From assembly GCF_006345805.1 (NCBI RefSeq), contig NC_042997.1, forward strand, positions 104,284,001-104,348,000: 64,000 nucleotides of DNA, given 5' to 3'. Below, piece after piece: positions 41,991 through 54,309 of the stretch; the first letter of the stretch is position 1, and each line of letters starts with the position of its first letter. The notes under the pieces were generated by a model. The model was given only the letters and a program-made list of their open reading frames with translations, did not search any database and was not told the DNA's origin. The DNA comes from Octopus sinensis (lineage: Eukaryota). The translations under genes and the position numbers were made by a program.

Positions 41991-42098
41991 ATTGGTCAGT
42001 TAAAGTTGAGACAGTGTCACGTGACAACTTGCTGGGGCTGCCTGCTGGAGCCTAGCAGCAGGTATTTAAAGGGAAAAACTTTGGCAAGTGAGTCAGTC
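41991..42098 (+). promoter_or_regulatory. Candidate Pol II promoter cassette in the retroelement 3' UTR
   Basis: ATTGG (41991-41995), palindrome TGTCACGTGACA (42015-42026), TATTTAAA (42063-42070), Inr-like TCAGTC (42093-42098) with its A 32 nt after the first T of the TATA-like box. Confidence 0.45.
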
Positions 42099-42215
42099 GC
42101 CCGCTGATACTCGTTGACGCTACATCGAAGAGGCCAGGGAACAGAAGAAAGAAGACATGCACCCAACACCAGAGCTGAAGACACCTCCCAAAGGGGGGGG
42201 GGTGCCACGTCAAAA

Positions 42216-42267
42216 CGGTAGAGGCGTAGGGACCGAAACCGGACATGGTTCCTCCTGATGATGTCTT
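42216..42267 (+). ncRNA. Putative hammerhead ribozyme with non-circularly permuted (pseudoknotted) strand order
   Basis: CGG-UA|GAGG (42216-42224), GGGACC-GAAA-CCG (42229-42241), CCUC-CUGAUGA-UGUCUU (42251-42267); stems I, II and III all pair. Confidence 0.65.
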
Positions 42268-42319
42268 GAGCTAACTGGATCCTATTAAGGAGCTGTTGTG
42301 GTAGCAGACCGGTTGAAAT

Positions 42320-42900
42320 TCCTCCTTGTGAATCGAAGGAAAGTTAAGATAAGATATGCGTTCAAGAATTCTGCTTTAAGCATGCTATGTAACCCACCCA
42401 TAACTATTTTTCGCTTGTATTTTCTGCAAACTTTTGTAAATCTGTGTTCTACAAACGGAGAATTTATATCCTTATGCAAAAACCATAAAACGATTTTTTG
42501 GGTGCGTGATTTAATGGCAATTTAGCTGTTATCTTTAGCACATTTCACGACCATCTGATACCCATATCTCCCTTCTTTGTTGCTCTGACATATCTGATAT
42601 TTTTCAAAATTTTTCTTCCCCTAAACACATTTAATTGTCTATTGCTGAGATGGATTTAAGCTAACAATTCGAATACTGTTAAAAATAAAATATCGAAAAC
42701 TTCAAAAAATTCGAAACTGCGCTTAAAAAAAATCGAAAAGTTCAAAAATATTCGAAAATTTCGAAACATTAAAAAAAACTTTTTACATATTCGTGTGACT
42801 TTCCGTGTGTAGAGCACAAATTTGCAAAGATTTTCTGAAAATATGAAAAGTTTAAAAAAAAGTTATGTGAGTTTATATGGCGTGCAGAATTCCGCCGAAA
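42320..42900 (+). mobile_element. AT-rich non-autonomous DNA element (MITE-like)
   Basis: Homologous to 38500-38700; internal ttcgaaa repeats; partial subterminal inverted similarity (ttatatggcgtgc). Confidence 0.55.
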
Positions 42901-44049
42901 TATGATAGTAAAATCTGTAAAGCTAATTTGCACTTATTACATAAACGTAACTACGTCAGAAAACGAAAGAATCTCTCTAACGTAGCTCGACCTACTAGAA
43001 ATATTGGCCTAAAATAGCTTAAAATTACATCTGAAAGTTTTCGTCAAAAAATGAAAAAGGAAAACTTCATACTTGATAATGATGTCTCTGGTACATTAAG
43101 AAAATTTGATATAATGGCTAGAATGCATTTGATCTTAGCCCTTTTCGATCAATATTTTCTTGGTACAAGGATAAAAAATTACTATAGCCAAATCCGAAGC
43201 ATCTAAATGATTGCGAGAGCCTAAATGATAGTCATAGCTGTAATAGGTCATCTGATTCACGAGGACTAAATTGGTTAGACCATACTGAGAGTACTTTAAT
43301 TAGCTGCAATTTCTGAAACCATAACAAAGGTGAAGCAACATGTTGAGTTACAGCCGCATGCTTCATTGACTCGGGTTCCAGTGAAATGCTCTATAATGTT
43401 TGAAGGATTGTTTTTCTATGCCTCAGATTTTAATAGTTTTAGTTAATGTGTGGTTAGCACGAGGTCAACGATAATGGACTGGTGAAAGGAGAACTTTTGC
43501 TGGTCTGTTCACTAGAACTACCTCTCAGACACACAAGAGCAAACATACACTCACACACGCGCGCGCACATATACACAGACGCATACGCACGCACATGCCT
43601 GCATCCACACATAGTTTTATTTAATTATTTACTCTTAAGTGTAGATATGTATTATGAAGAAGAAAATGCATTAGTACTTGACATACTGCGGAAAGAAGTT
43701 GAGACACTTGTGCGTAGTGTGCCACCGCGCCGCATTAAAGATATCTATATACAGTCGCAATAATTATCACAAATACAATAGCATAACTAAGGGAACAAAT
43801 CTCATAGTCTTATTTCTTCTACGCCTTTCCCTCCTTCTCTCCTCCTCTTCCTCCTCATCCACCTCATTATCATCGTCTATATTTTCTCCTTTATCATCCC
43901 AACACCTTTAGTGTCATTGCCAGTGTCAGATTTTGTTTATATTGGTTGAGTTATAATAGTGTTAATGACAATGGATATATATTGTTTAATATCCATTACA
44001 ATAATATAATTTTAATATCCGAACAAAAACAATTCAATGATTTAATATA

Positions 44050-44069
44050 GAATTATTATTATTATTTTA

Positions 44070-44125
<56 letters not shown>

Positions 44126-44335
44126 CATCATCATCATCATCATCATTATTATTATTATTATTTTTATTATTATTATATTATATTATTATTTTTATTATTA
44201 TTATTATATTATTATTATTATCATCATCATCATCATCATCATCATCATTCATCATCATCATTATTATTATTATTATTATTATATTATTATTTATTATTAT
44301 TATTATATATTATTATTATTATTATTATCATTATT
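44050..44335. repeat. Compound (ATT)n/(ATC)n microsatellite
   Basis: Directly visible. Confidence 0.95.
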
Positions 44336-44700
44336 GCTTGACATTGAGTGAAATATTAGCAGCTGTTGGAATCCTTTTTCCACTCACCAAACTGGAACAA
44401 TAGCGACATTTTAGAATCCCCCACTCTCAACTTCAGCACAATCCCGACATCTACCGGTGGTACACACTTCAGAGTCATTCGATAATTGACATAAGGATGC
44501 TGTGATTTATGCTGCAAATAAAAACTTACTCCATATATTGAAATATGTTATATTCAACTTATAACTTATTCCTTTCTGCGTTTTGTGTTTTTTTACTTCC
44601 TATATGCTGAAAAATATTGGATAGTATTTGGGTGACCATGCATGCATAGAAGCAACTTCATAGTCACATTTATTCTATTTCATATTTCCCTTCACATCTA

Positions 44701-44748
<48 letters not shown>

Positions 44749-44860
44749 TTATTATTATCATCATCATCATTATCATTTCGCTAATTCTGTTGGTCTTTCT
44801 TTTTGTGTGTGCATCTCTCTCCCTCCGTCTCTTTCTCTCTTTCTCACTCACTCACTATAT

Positions 44861-44929
<69 letters not shown>

Positions 44930-45984
44930 TGTCAGAAGTATCTACATATACAGGTATTCGACAGCTAGATGCTTAGGCAATACCTGATATGTACGAAAAA
45001 AGTGATTTAAAAATCTATAGGAGTTAACGTACCGAGTATATTACATATAAAACAGATGTTCACGAACAAATTCTCAGACACACACACACGCACGCACACA
45101 TGCACACACGCACTGGCACACGCACAGGCACACGCACATACACACACATGTACATATATATACATATTTATATATATATATATATATATGTATATATGTA
45201 AACATACATATATATATATATATATATGCATATATGTAAACATACATTTATATGTACACACACACACACACATATATATATATACACACACATATGGGTT
45301 GGCTACATTTATATTCTCAGGTACTTGTGTGATTGCGTATTTGTTGTATGCGCATGTGTATGGGTTCGATGCTAGACTTTGGAACTTAGAATATCGAATT
45401 TTAATACTTAATAATATACAGGATATATTAATAAGTTTCAAAAAGAAACGAGCCATCATTCCTCTGGCTACATTTCACTCACCGGATGGACACATTTCAT
45501 TAGGTTTTCTCCCATCAATCTTATTTCTGTTCATTTCGTGGAAGAATATTTAAATCAAAACAGAGTGTGCTATGATTTAGGGGCTATCGTAATGACCTTC
45601 TCAAATAAAGGAATCTATAACCTCCTATCTACGCAGCCTGATGACGCGTTTGTTTATCTGTCTGTGAAACTTACAGTCATACCTTGATTGTAGTACGTAC
45701 CTAAGCATGTATGCATGCATGTGTGTATCTATGTATGTACGTACGTATGTATGTATGTATGTATGTATGTATGTATGTATGTATGTATGTATGTATGTAT
45801 GTATGTATGCATGTATGTATGTATGCATGAGTGCATGTATGTATGTTCGTATGTAGGTATGTATCTACGCACTTACGTCCGTATGTATGTATGCATGTAT
45901 GTACACTTACACACACATATATAGATGGATAGATGAACGGGAGTTTGTCTGCATTTATATATATTTTCCGTCTATCTGTGTGTG

Positions 45985-46037
<53 letters not shown>

Positions 46038-46159
46038 CACATACATACACACACGCACACACATAGACACACACACATATATACATATATATGTATATTC
46101 ACACATACAATCATACATACACACCACACACACGCGCGCATATATATACATTTATGTCT

Positions 46160-46492
46160 GAGACCCCCTTCGGTCACGACACAGTCCATGTGATTGCACC
46201 TAGAAAGTTACCCTCCCAGGCACAAGTCCGGGCGAGGTTGTTTATGGAAAACCAGCAGACGCCCATGCATACCGGCCTCCCCTCTCCACGCCACCAGTGT
46301 TATCCAAGGGAAAGACAAAGGTCGATACAGCTTGGCACCAGTGACGTCGCAACTCATTTTTACAGCTGAGTGAACTGGAGCAACGTGAAATAAAGTGCCT
46401 TGCTCAAGAACACAACACGCAGCCCGGTCCGGGATTCGAGCTCACAACTTCACGGTTGTAAGGTCGACGCTCTAACCACTGAGCCATGCGCC
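46160..46492 (-). mobile_element. Full-length SINE family C
   Basis: Reverse complement of the 18143-18472 family, with A and B boxes. Confidence 0.92.
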
Positions 46493-46519
46493 TTCACTAT
46501 ACATGTATGTATGTATTAC

Positions 46520-46715
46520 TTTTTTACTTGTTTCAGTCATATTGACTGCGGCCATGATGGAGCACCGCCTTTAGTCGAACAAATCGACCCCAGGACTTAT
46601 TCTTTGTGAGCCTGGTACTTATTTTGTTTTTCTTTTTTAGCCGAACCACTAAATTACGGGGACGTAAACACACCAACATCTGTTGTCAAGCGAAGATGGA
46701 GTGACAAAAACAGAC
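46520..46715 (-). mobile_element. SINE family D
   Basis: Homologous to 36194 and 3255. Confidence 0.88.
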
Positions 46716-46762
46716 ACACAGACATACAGACACACAGACACACAGACACACACATACACTCA

Positions 46763-46813
<51 letters not shown>

Positions 46814-46830
46814 GCACAAACACGTATATA

Positions 46831-47003
46831 TACGACGGGCTTCTTTCAATTTCCGTCTACTGAATCCACTCACATGGGTTTGGTCGATCCGAAGCTATAG
46901 TAGAAGGCACGAAGACACTTGTATGAAGTGCTATGCAGTGGGACTGAACCCGGAGTCATGTGGTTGGGAAGCAAGTTTCTCATCACATAGCCACTCATGC
47001 GCT
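46831..47003 (-). mobile_element. SINE family A
   Basis: cgacgggcttctttcaatttccgtctac...cagtgggactgaacccgg...ggttgggaagcaagttt. Confidence 0.88.
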
Positions 47004-47117
47004 ATGCATTTATATATGTATGTATATATACATATGTGTGTGTATTATATACATATATATATGTATATATATTTGCATGTATACGTATATACACAGATAG
47101 ATAGATTGATATATATA

Positions 47118-47133
47118 CAGGTAGGTAGGTAGG

Positions 47134-47229
<96 letters not shown>

Positions 47230-47240
47230 GATACTGAGAG
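47118..47240. repeat. (AGGT)n-(AGAT)n array
   Basis: Directly visible. Confidence 0.95.
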
Positions 47241-48782
47241 ATCGATCGATAGATTGATAGGTAGAAAGTTTCATTGATTGACTGCTGCCTATTCGTTTTC
47301 CTTAATGCAAGGACAAGTGAATTGCTGTAGTACAGGTGAATAACTCCGCAAGAAAGTGGTTCGTATTCAGATCTCAGAAATTCAAAGAGTTATGCGCAAT
47401 TTCTTATTTGATTATAGCAAATTTAATAATAGATTAAGATGTAAAACATTTTCCCTTGTAGAATCTATTTTGATCATTCGCATTCTCGATGAGAAGTTCT
47501 CTCATGTGACACAAACTTATTTAGACTCTTCCAAGAATATTGCTGTTTCAGCAGATGAAACGATATATGAATGAAACACAAATGTCAAGAGTAAGGACTG
47601 AATGCAAACAAGTCTAGCTCCATCTCAATTCCAGGAAGAGCGAATACAACCGTAACATTATAGTTGACCAGTCAAGTGGGTTGAGTGTACTCCGCACTAG
47701 AGTGTTTCTGATATCATGTCTCTCTGGTATTTAATTGTGAATTTAGGGGAGGTTAATCATGGAACATGTTGGTCTGTTTTGTACGGTGCAAAATTATATG
47801 ACGTTATGAGTATGCTTGAAGTGGAAAATATTCATTTGTAGCAAGCGAAGTAATCATTCTTTGCAAGAAAATTTAACTTACAATAGATTTATGGCGAATT
47901 TCCTTGATAGCCGCAAGTCTCGGCTTACATGTATGGCTTTTCACGTAATGCGAATGCAGAAATTGACCAATAACTAACAGAATGTTGCCACCTTCCAGTT
48001 GATCAATACGATATCAGGAAGAGGGCGCTACTTTTCAAAGTAATTTTTTGATGCTAAGATATTCGTAAGAATCAAATTTTTAAGTGGCTACCGAGCCGAG
48101 GCTGATTACACCTATGCTTCCGAAATTATGCTGAAGATACTACGCTAGTTAACACAGTAATTAAAGCAATCATAAACTGTTTCCAATTTAGGCACAATGC
48201 TAGCAATCTCGGAGGAGATAGTGTTAATAGATTAAAGCGACTCCAGTACAGGACAAGTAATGTATTTCATCGAACCTGGAGAGAGGAAAGATATAATTGA
48301 TTTCTTTGTGATTTGAATCTTTAATGTAAGAAAATCGGAAAAAATCCAGCAAAATATTTTCCGAAGACTATGATAAACCACAGCCCTAGAGTAAGCAAGA
48401 GTTAATAATCGTTAACTTTTCACTGTTGTTTCTATCAACATCTTGAAATACATTTTATAGTTCTATAGAATTGGTCTGAGCTTATAAACTTTACCTTTTA
48501 GCATATAAACCAAAGTCAGATAGAACATGCTGTTAAATATCATGATTAGCGTGAGAATAATGTGAGCATTTTAGTAAGGCTAGGCGGTGTAGGTCGGAAA
48601 TACAAGGAACTCGACAGAACTAATGAAAGCAGCCGTTAAAAAGTTGACTAGTTTTAAATAGACTTAACCAAAGTGTTGCATTTAACCACAACTAGTAAAT
48701 GTGGTCGATAATTATGCTGAGCTAGTTTTTGACGTGTCGAAGGTTATTAAAGTTAAAGAGAATCTTTAATTTTATATAACTG

Positions 48783-48818
<36 letters not shown>

Positions 48819-49249
48819 TTATTTATTAATTCATAAAAGAATATAAGGATAAAAATCAGGTTAATGATTTCTATCAAGTAGTCAGCATGCTATAAAAATT
48901 TATAGGCAATTAATACATTAAATTGATAATAATGTACATATGTATATAATTATATCAAGGGAGCTAGGGCGAAAATGGCCCGTCTCCAGCATGTTTGAAG
49001 TGCCGATACCTTAAAAACAACTACCAAAATCTCCACCTGAATATTAAAGCAAAAAGAATAACCTTCTAAATATATGTGTGTGTGTGTGTGTGTATAAGGG
49101 TCATAATACATGTCTTCGGGAGCTACTAATAGTTTCACATAAAACTATTAGTAGCGCCCGAAAGCGTGTATTGTGACCCTTAAACAACAATATTTGACTC
49201 TCACCAGATGGAGTGCTCTCTTTGTTGAATTATACCACGGATCAATACA

Positions 49250-49435
<186 letters not shown>

Positions 49436-50322
49436 AGCAATGATTTTTGCAAGATTAGTCCTTTTTCCATCATCTCAGAATTCGTCAAAGAAATGTTCTC
49501 GCTCTTTAAACGATAGCTTACAAGAAACGCGCACGCGTGCAGACACGCTTACGCACGCGCAAACACACGTACACACACACGCGCGCATATACACATATAT
49601 ATTCAACAAGACAGAAGATACAAAGAGATGAATAGAGAGACAGTTAGATAGAGGGAAGAGATACATATATCTGTTATAAGTGTAATTATATATATATGTA
49701 TGTGTGTATTTGCGCCTGTGTGTGTATGTGTGAGTATTGTATATATATAATCTATATATCCATACACATTCACATACGCCTGTAAATATACAAATACACA
49801 TTGCCCTCAAATGTATCCTTTAAATCAACCATCGTTTACACAGACTGCGACCCATTACACACGAGGCTCAACAGTAAAACCCAGTGGCTTAACCCCATTA
49901 ATTACACTCTATAACTGATAATATGCGTGATCACTATATTTGATTAACGGAGATCAATCTAGAATGCACGCCCCATCACTTTGCCACGTATTAAAATCTC
50001 CTCCTTATTTCCAACAACGAAGCCATTCATTCATTCATCGTTGCTTCTCTTTCCTACTTTCGTAATAGCTTTCTTCTCTTCCTTCTCGCCACTCCACCCC
50101 CTCCACCACTACCTCGACTTCATCTCCTGTATTTTTGTTTGTTTGAGTCATGAAATCCTCACGATGCTTTTCTTTTCCAAACAGACCAATTCCCTCTGTT
50201 TCAATCTTGACCTTGCAATGTCAGATTCGATTCAGCTCAAGTGTTTAACACAGCGGCGTACTAACACTAGCTCCAATATTGTTGTTTCACACAAGCGCAC
50301 ATACAAAACACAGACACGCACG

Positions 50323-50393
<71 letters not shown>

Positions 50394-51099
50394 AATGCGA
50401 GAAGTACACACGGCTCTATATAGCGCATATCGTTACAAATAGATGCACAGCCTCACGTTGAAGATTTACTATTGATAAAAACTTATGTACATTCCTGTAT
50501 GTATGTTTATCTTTCTCCTCCCACAATAAGCCTGCGTCTGGTGGTTTGCGATATATGCACGCAAGCGACGGCGTGTATATGTGTTAATATTTATCCGTAT
50601 ATGCGCACGCATGTACGGATAAATCTGTGTCTACATCTGTGAGTGTGTGTCAGTGTTTGGGTGTTTGGATTTTGAATCAGGAATGATCTTTCGCAGCAAA
50701 TTACTTCTTTCCTTTATTATTAGCTATCATTTATTTATTATATTAAGATGGCCTCCGTTTGAATGGCTGAATGTGAACTCGTGGCAGCTGCATATATGTT
50801 TTTTATATGTCTACGCACACACATACATGCATATATTTTATATACAGATATATACCAATATGTATATGCATATATGTGCCTAACATGTATGTCTAAAAAC
50901 ACACGGATGCGTTCAGACATAAGAAAGGCACACAGCTCTGGCTATTGCAGACTCTTCATGCACAAATTTATTATTTCCTGCATTTTTCGTTTATTTGTTA
51001 TATGATCATATATTCGAATGTATGTACGGAAAGATAAATAAATATAACCATGCACATTCACACACACCATGACAGGGGGAGGGAGGAAAAAGAGATTAT

Positions 51100-51147
<48 letters not shown>

Positions 51148-51172
51148 TAGATAGATAGATATGATATATATA

Positions 51173-51210
<38 letters not shown>

Positions 51211-51267
51211 TGAAAGATAAATAGATCCATCCATCCATCCATCCATCCATCCATCAGTTCATATATA

Positions 51268-51416
51268 TCATGAAAGATCGTTAGCCACTACACACATTTT
51301 TTCGCTTCTTGTTTTTTCTGCGTCCCTTTCCGTAGAAGAACGTAAGCTCGAAACGTAAAAGACTTTTCTATTCCTGAGCGTTGTACTAATGTATATGTTT
51401 GTTTTGTACACCACCT

Positions 51417-51420
<4 letters not shown>
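51268..51420 (+). mobile_element. Penelope-type terminal-repeat-like element with a degenerate minimal hammerhead (51326-51361)
   Basis: cttt-CCGTAGA-A-gaac-gtaa-gctc-GAAA-CGT-A-aaag; flanked by (TA)n. Confidence 0.65.
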
Positions 51421-51488
<68 letters not shown>

Positions 51489-51764
51489 TACACATATATA
51501 TATATATATATACGCACATACATATACATATGCACAAACACACATACACACACACACACACATACACACACACACAAACAAACATATATATATATATATT
51601 TACATATATACAAAATCAGATTTGCGATCTTGTTTTCATGTGTAATATAACGAGTTAGAATATATTAACTCATGTAGTTGCTGTTAATCGCTTATTTTTC
51701 CAACTTACTATATATTTAACATATCTGTATATGCATACAGCTACATGTGAGTGTGTGTGTGTGT

Positions 51765-51803
<39 letters not shown>

Positions 51804-52120
51804 TTAGTGATTCGGCAAAAGTGATGGTGTCGATTTCTTCGACTAAAACATTTAAAGGCGGTGCACTAGCATGGCTGTAGTCATACATACATATTGCGAA
51901 CTTTGGTTTAGTTTAAATATATTTATAATATATTTCAACTTCTAAAGGCAACTTCACTGTAGTTACCGTTGAGAAAAAATACTCTTTTATGTTATAAAGG
52001 TGTAAAAAACCACAACTGTCTTGTGTATTTGTCTAGTTTTTTGCATAAAATTTCGAGTTAAAGGTAAAATTGCTCCTCGAATTTCTAGTAAAACGATATT
52101 GTAATAGTGAGCTGCGTTTT

Positions 52121-52316
52121 AGGCGGTGAGCTGGCAGAACCGTTAGCACGTCGGGAAAAATCTTTAGCGGTATTTCGTCTGTCTTTATGTTCTGAGGTCG
52201 ACTTTGCCTTTCATTCTTTCGGGGTCGATAAATTAAGTACCATTTGCGTACTGGGGTCGATGTAATCGACTGGCTCCTCCCCCAAAATTTCGGGCCTTGT
52301 GCCTAGAGTAGAAACG
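52121..52316 (+). mobile_element. Full-length SINE family B with a candidate 12-bp TSD
   Basis: aatagtgagctg at 52103-52114 and 52317-52328. Confidence 0.9.
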
Positions 52317-52609
52317 AATAGTGAGCTGATTTACGAATATTTTCCTCTTTGATGGCCGACTGAAAGTTTTTCTGCTAAAGCGGTTGATGGTTGTAAAACA
52401 ATGCAGGAAGATGGAATAATCTACCTCGTACTTTCAACTAGTCTTCTAAATGGCTTATGATCTAGTTGTCCAATGTATTGAAATATAAAGACACGTAACT
52501 GAAGTTAAATGAATGATTACAGTTACTGTATTGCTGAATTTGCTAATAAAAGGCAGTGTTCTTACATTTGCCTAATGCCCGGCAACGAATCTTCTTGCGA
52601 AAGCTAAAC

Positions 52610-53830
52610 CATCGTCTCTGTAAAGATCAAAATATATGATAGCGGACCAACGGATGAGAGTGCGGTCCTATGCTTGTTGGCATATGAACAGAACACTTTG
52701 AATTCTGTTTGATTTTCTTGATTAACCAGTTTTTCTCTGTAACTCTTTGGTTGCTGACGTAGGTTTTCATTTTGATCTGTAAATGATATTTTTCCAATTC
52801 AGTTCTTTTTCATTGCTGTTGAATGTGGATGCTGTTAGTGGTAGCATTTTTGTTGCTTGATTTTTATGTTGAGTCTTGATTCTTACAATGTGTGTCTTCT
52901 CTCTTGGGAACCTATTTCTACTAGTGCTCGTGAGTTTTGAAGGAAGAGAATGTATAAGAGACAATTTCCTCAAGGCGCTGCCTTGTTGTTCCAATGTCAG
53001 AACTGTGAATGAAGGATCAGTCGATAAGTCATAGATCTTTTCTAATTGCACCTCAGTCTGCTTTCTGAAGATTGATGTTAGTGAACAAGTTCACTGATGC
53101 GAGTGTGACTCGTTTGGCTTTGACATATTTGAAACTAAGCTTGCGCAGTACCCTATTGTAGTGAGAGAGAAGTTTTTCAACTGAAATGCTACGGATGGAC
53201 ATAGAGTGGTTCGTTAATATCAGGTCCTGAGTAGTTTTAATTTGTCAGGCTGGCTCAAGCAGAGGTTGGATGAGGAAAATTCATCGATTAAATTAAATAG
53301 TAGTTCTGTTACAGTTTTGTCTGATGCAGTGCAGTTACCTAGTTTTGGGGCATCCGTAGACCAGTTCACCCAAGGAATGTTAAAACTGAATCATCAACAA
53401 TATGTTCATGGAGTTGTACTTTTGGAGAAAAGATTTGATTTTGTTGAGGCACTCTTCAAAACAGGGTAAATGAGCTTGAGGAGATCTGTAGAAACCGACA
53501 ATGGTTACATCATTAACCTTTTGAATAGCGATATGGATTCATTAACTTTTTTGAATAGGAATATGGACGCCATAAGAAATGGCACTCAAGGCAAAGCAAT
53601 CATGGAGAAAAATGGCTGCTCCTGCTTTATTTTGGTTTGTGCAATCTGTACATATGTTGAATTTTTTTAATTTTCCTCTCAGCATTGATGTCAGTGTTGT
53701 TTACGTGGGCTTCTGATAGGCTGAAGAAAGGGATGAAGTGTGACGTTTCAGCAAGCCAACTGTCTATGTATGGAATCTTCCAATTTTGAGCTTTGAGTGA
53801 TGAGTTGATGCTACGTACATTTAGGAGAAA
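52610..53830 (-). mobile_element. Decayed CR1/L2-type LINE ORF2 5' fragment (apurinic-type endonuclease and linker)
   Basis: LLNVRSINS..., SLSEAH, KAGAAIFL, IVGFYRSP, (D)FNIPWVNW, DLILTNH, NLQKAD, FCSYANK..SSVGPL, across several frameshifts. Confidence 0.85.
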
Positions 53831-54309
53831 TGTCGAAGCGAAGGTTGGTTGTTGTTAGTATTGTGCTAAATAATTTGTTTTATGTGTTGTTCTTGATGGC
53901 TTGTAATGAGGATGATAGAAAATGGTGATGAGGATGATGCTTATGATGCTGATACTGAATATGATGATGATGATAATTATTTTATTAAGGTTATTTCTGC
54001 AGAAATTATAGCCAGCACTAATTTTTTTGCTACGTTTCGTATGATGATAATGTTGATATTTCTTCGAAGATAATGATGTTGTACGTGGATATATAAGCAT
54101 CTGTACATACGTGTATGTGTGTGAAAAATAAATTAATGTTATCATATGAATGCATGTTTATCTATATACATGCATCCATAGAGACATACAATTCATACAT
54201 ACAATGAGACGTACGTAGACGTATGTTTTGTGTCTGTATCTATGAGGTAATGTGTATGTCAGGTGTTGTTTAAACAATCTTTGCCTCGTTGATTTTCCAT
54301 CTTCTAGTA

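Larger units (their letters stand above)
41445..42290 (+). mobile_element. 5'-truncated R2-superfamily (HERO-like) RLE retrotransposon: endonuclease domain plus ~380-nt 3' UTR
   Basis: WEVATDLKRQVIFP..KRPDLVLW...ILLELTVPW(E)EN...KRYEKLIEECRVQGW...VGARGF...AVEKASFSIWLKR, with one frameshift and one stop; ORF ends at TGA 41907-41909. The HERO assignment is from motif resemblance, not from a search. Confidence 0.85.

Noticed and set aside
42175-42224. CTGAAGA-hairpin-AAAAC as a conventional type I hammerhead overlapping the permuted one
   Set aside because: Lacks G12 of GAAA, the hairpin is out of register with the core, and stem I cannot pair.
45638-45678. CTGATGA...GAAAC-ttaca-GTC as a type I hammerhead
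   Set aside because: Neither stem II nor stem I can form.
48127-48147. YAEDTTL resembling the RT YADD motif
   Set aside because: No upstream QG/SP motif or other RT blocks in frame; probably chance or too decayed to call.
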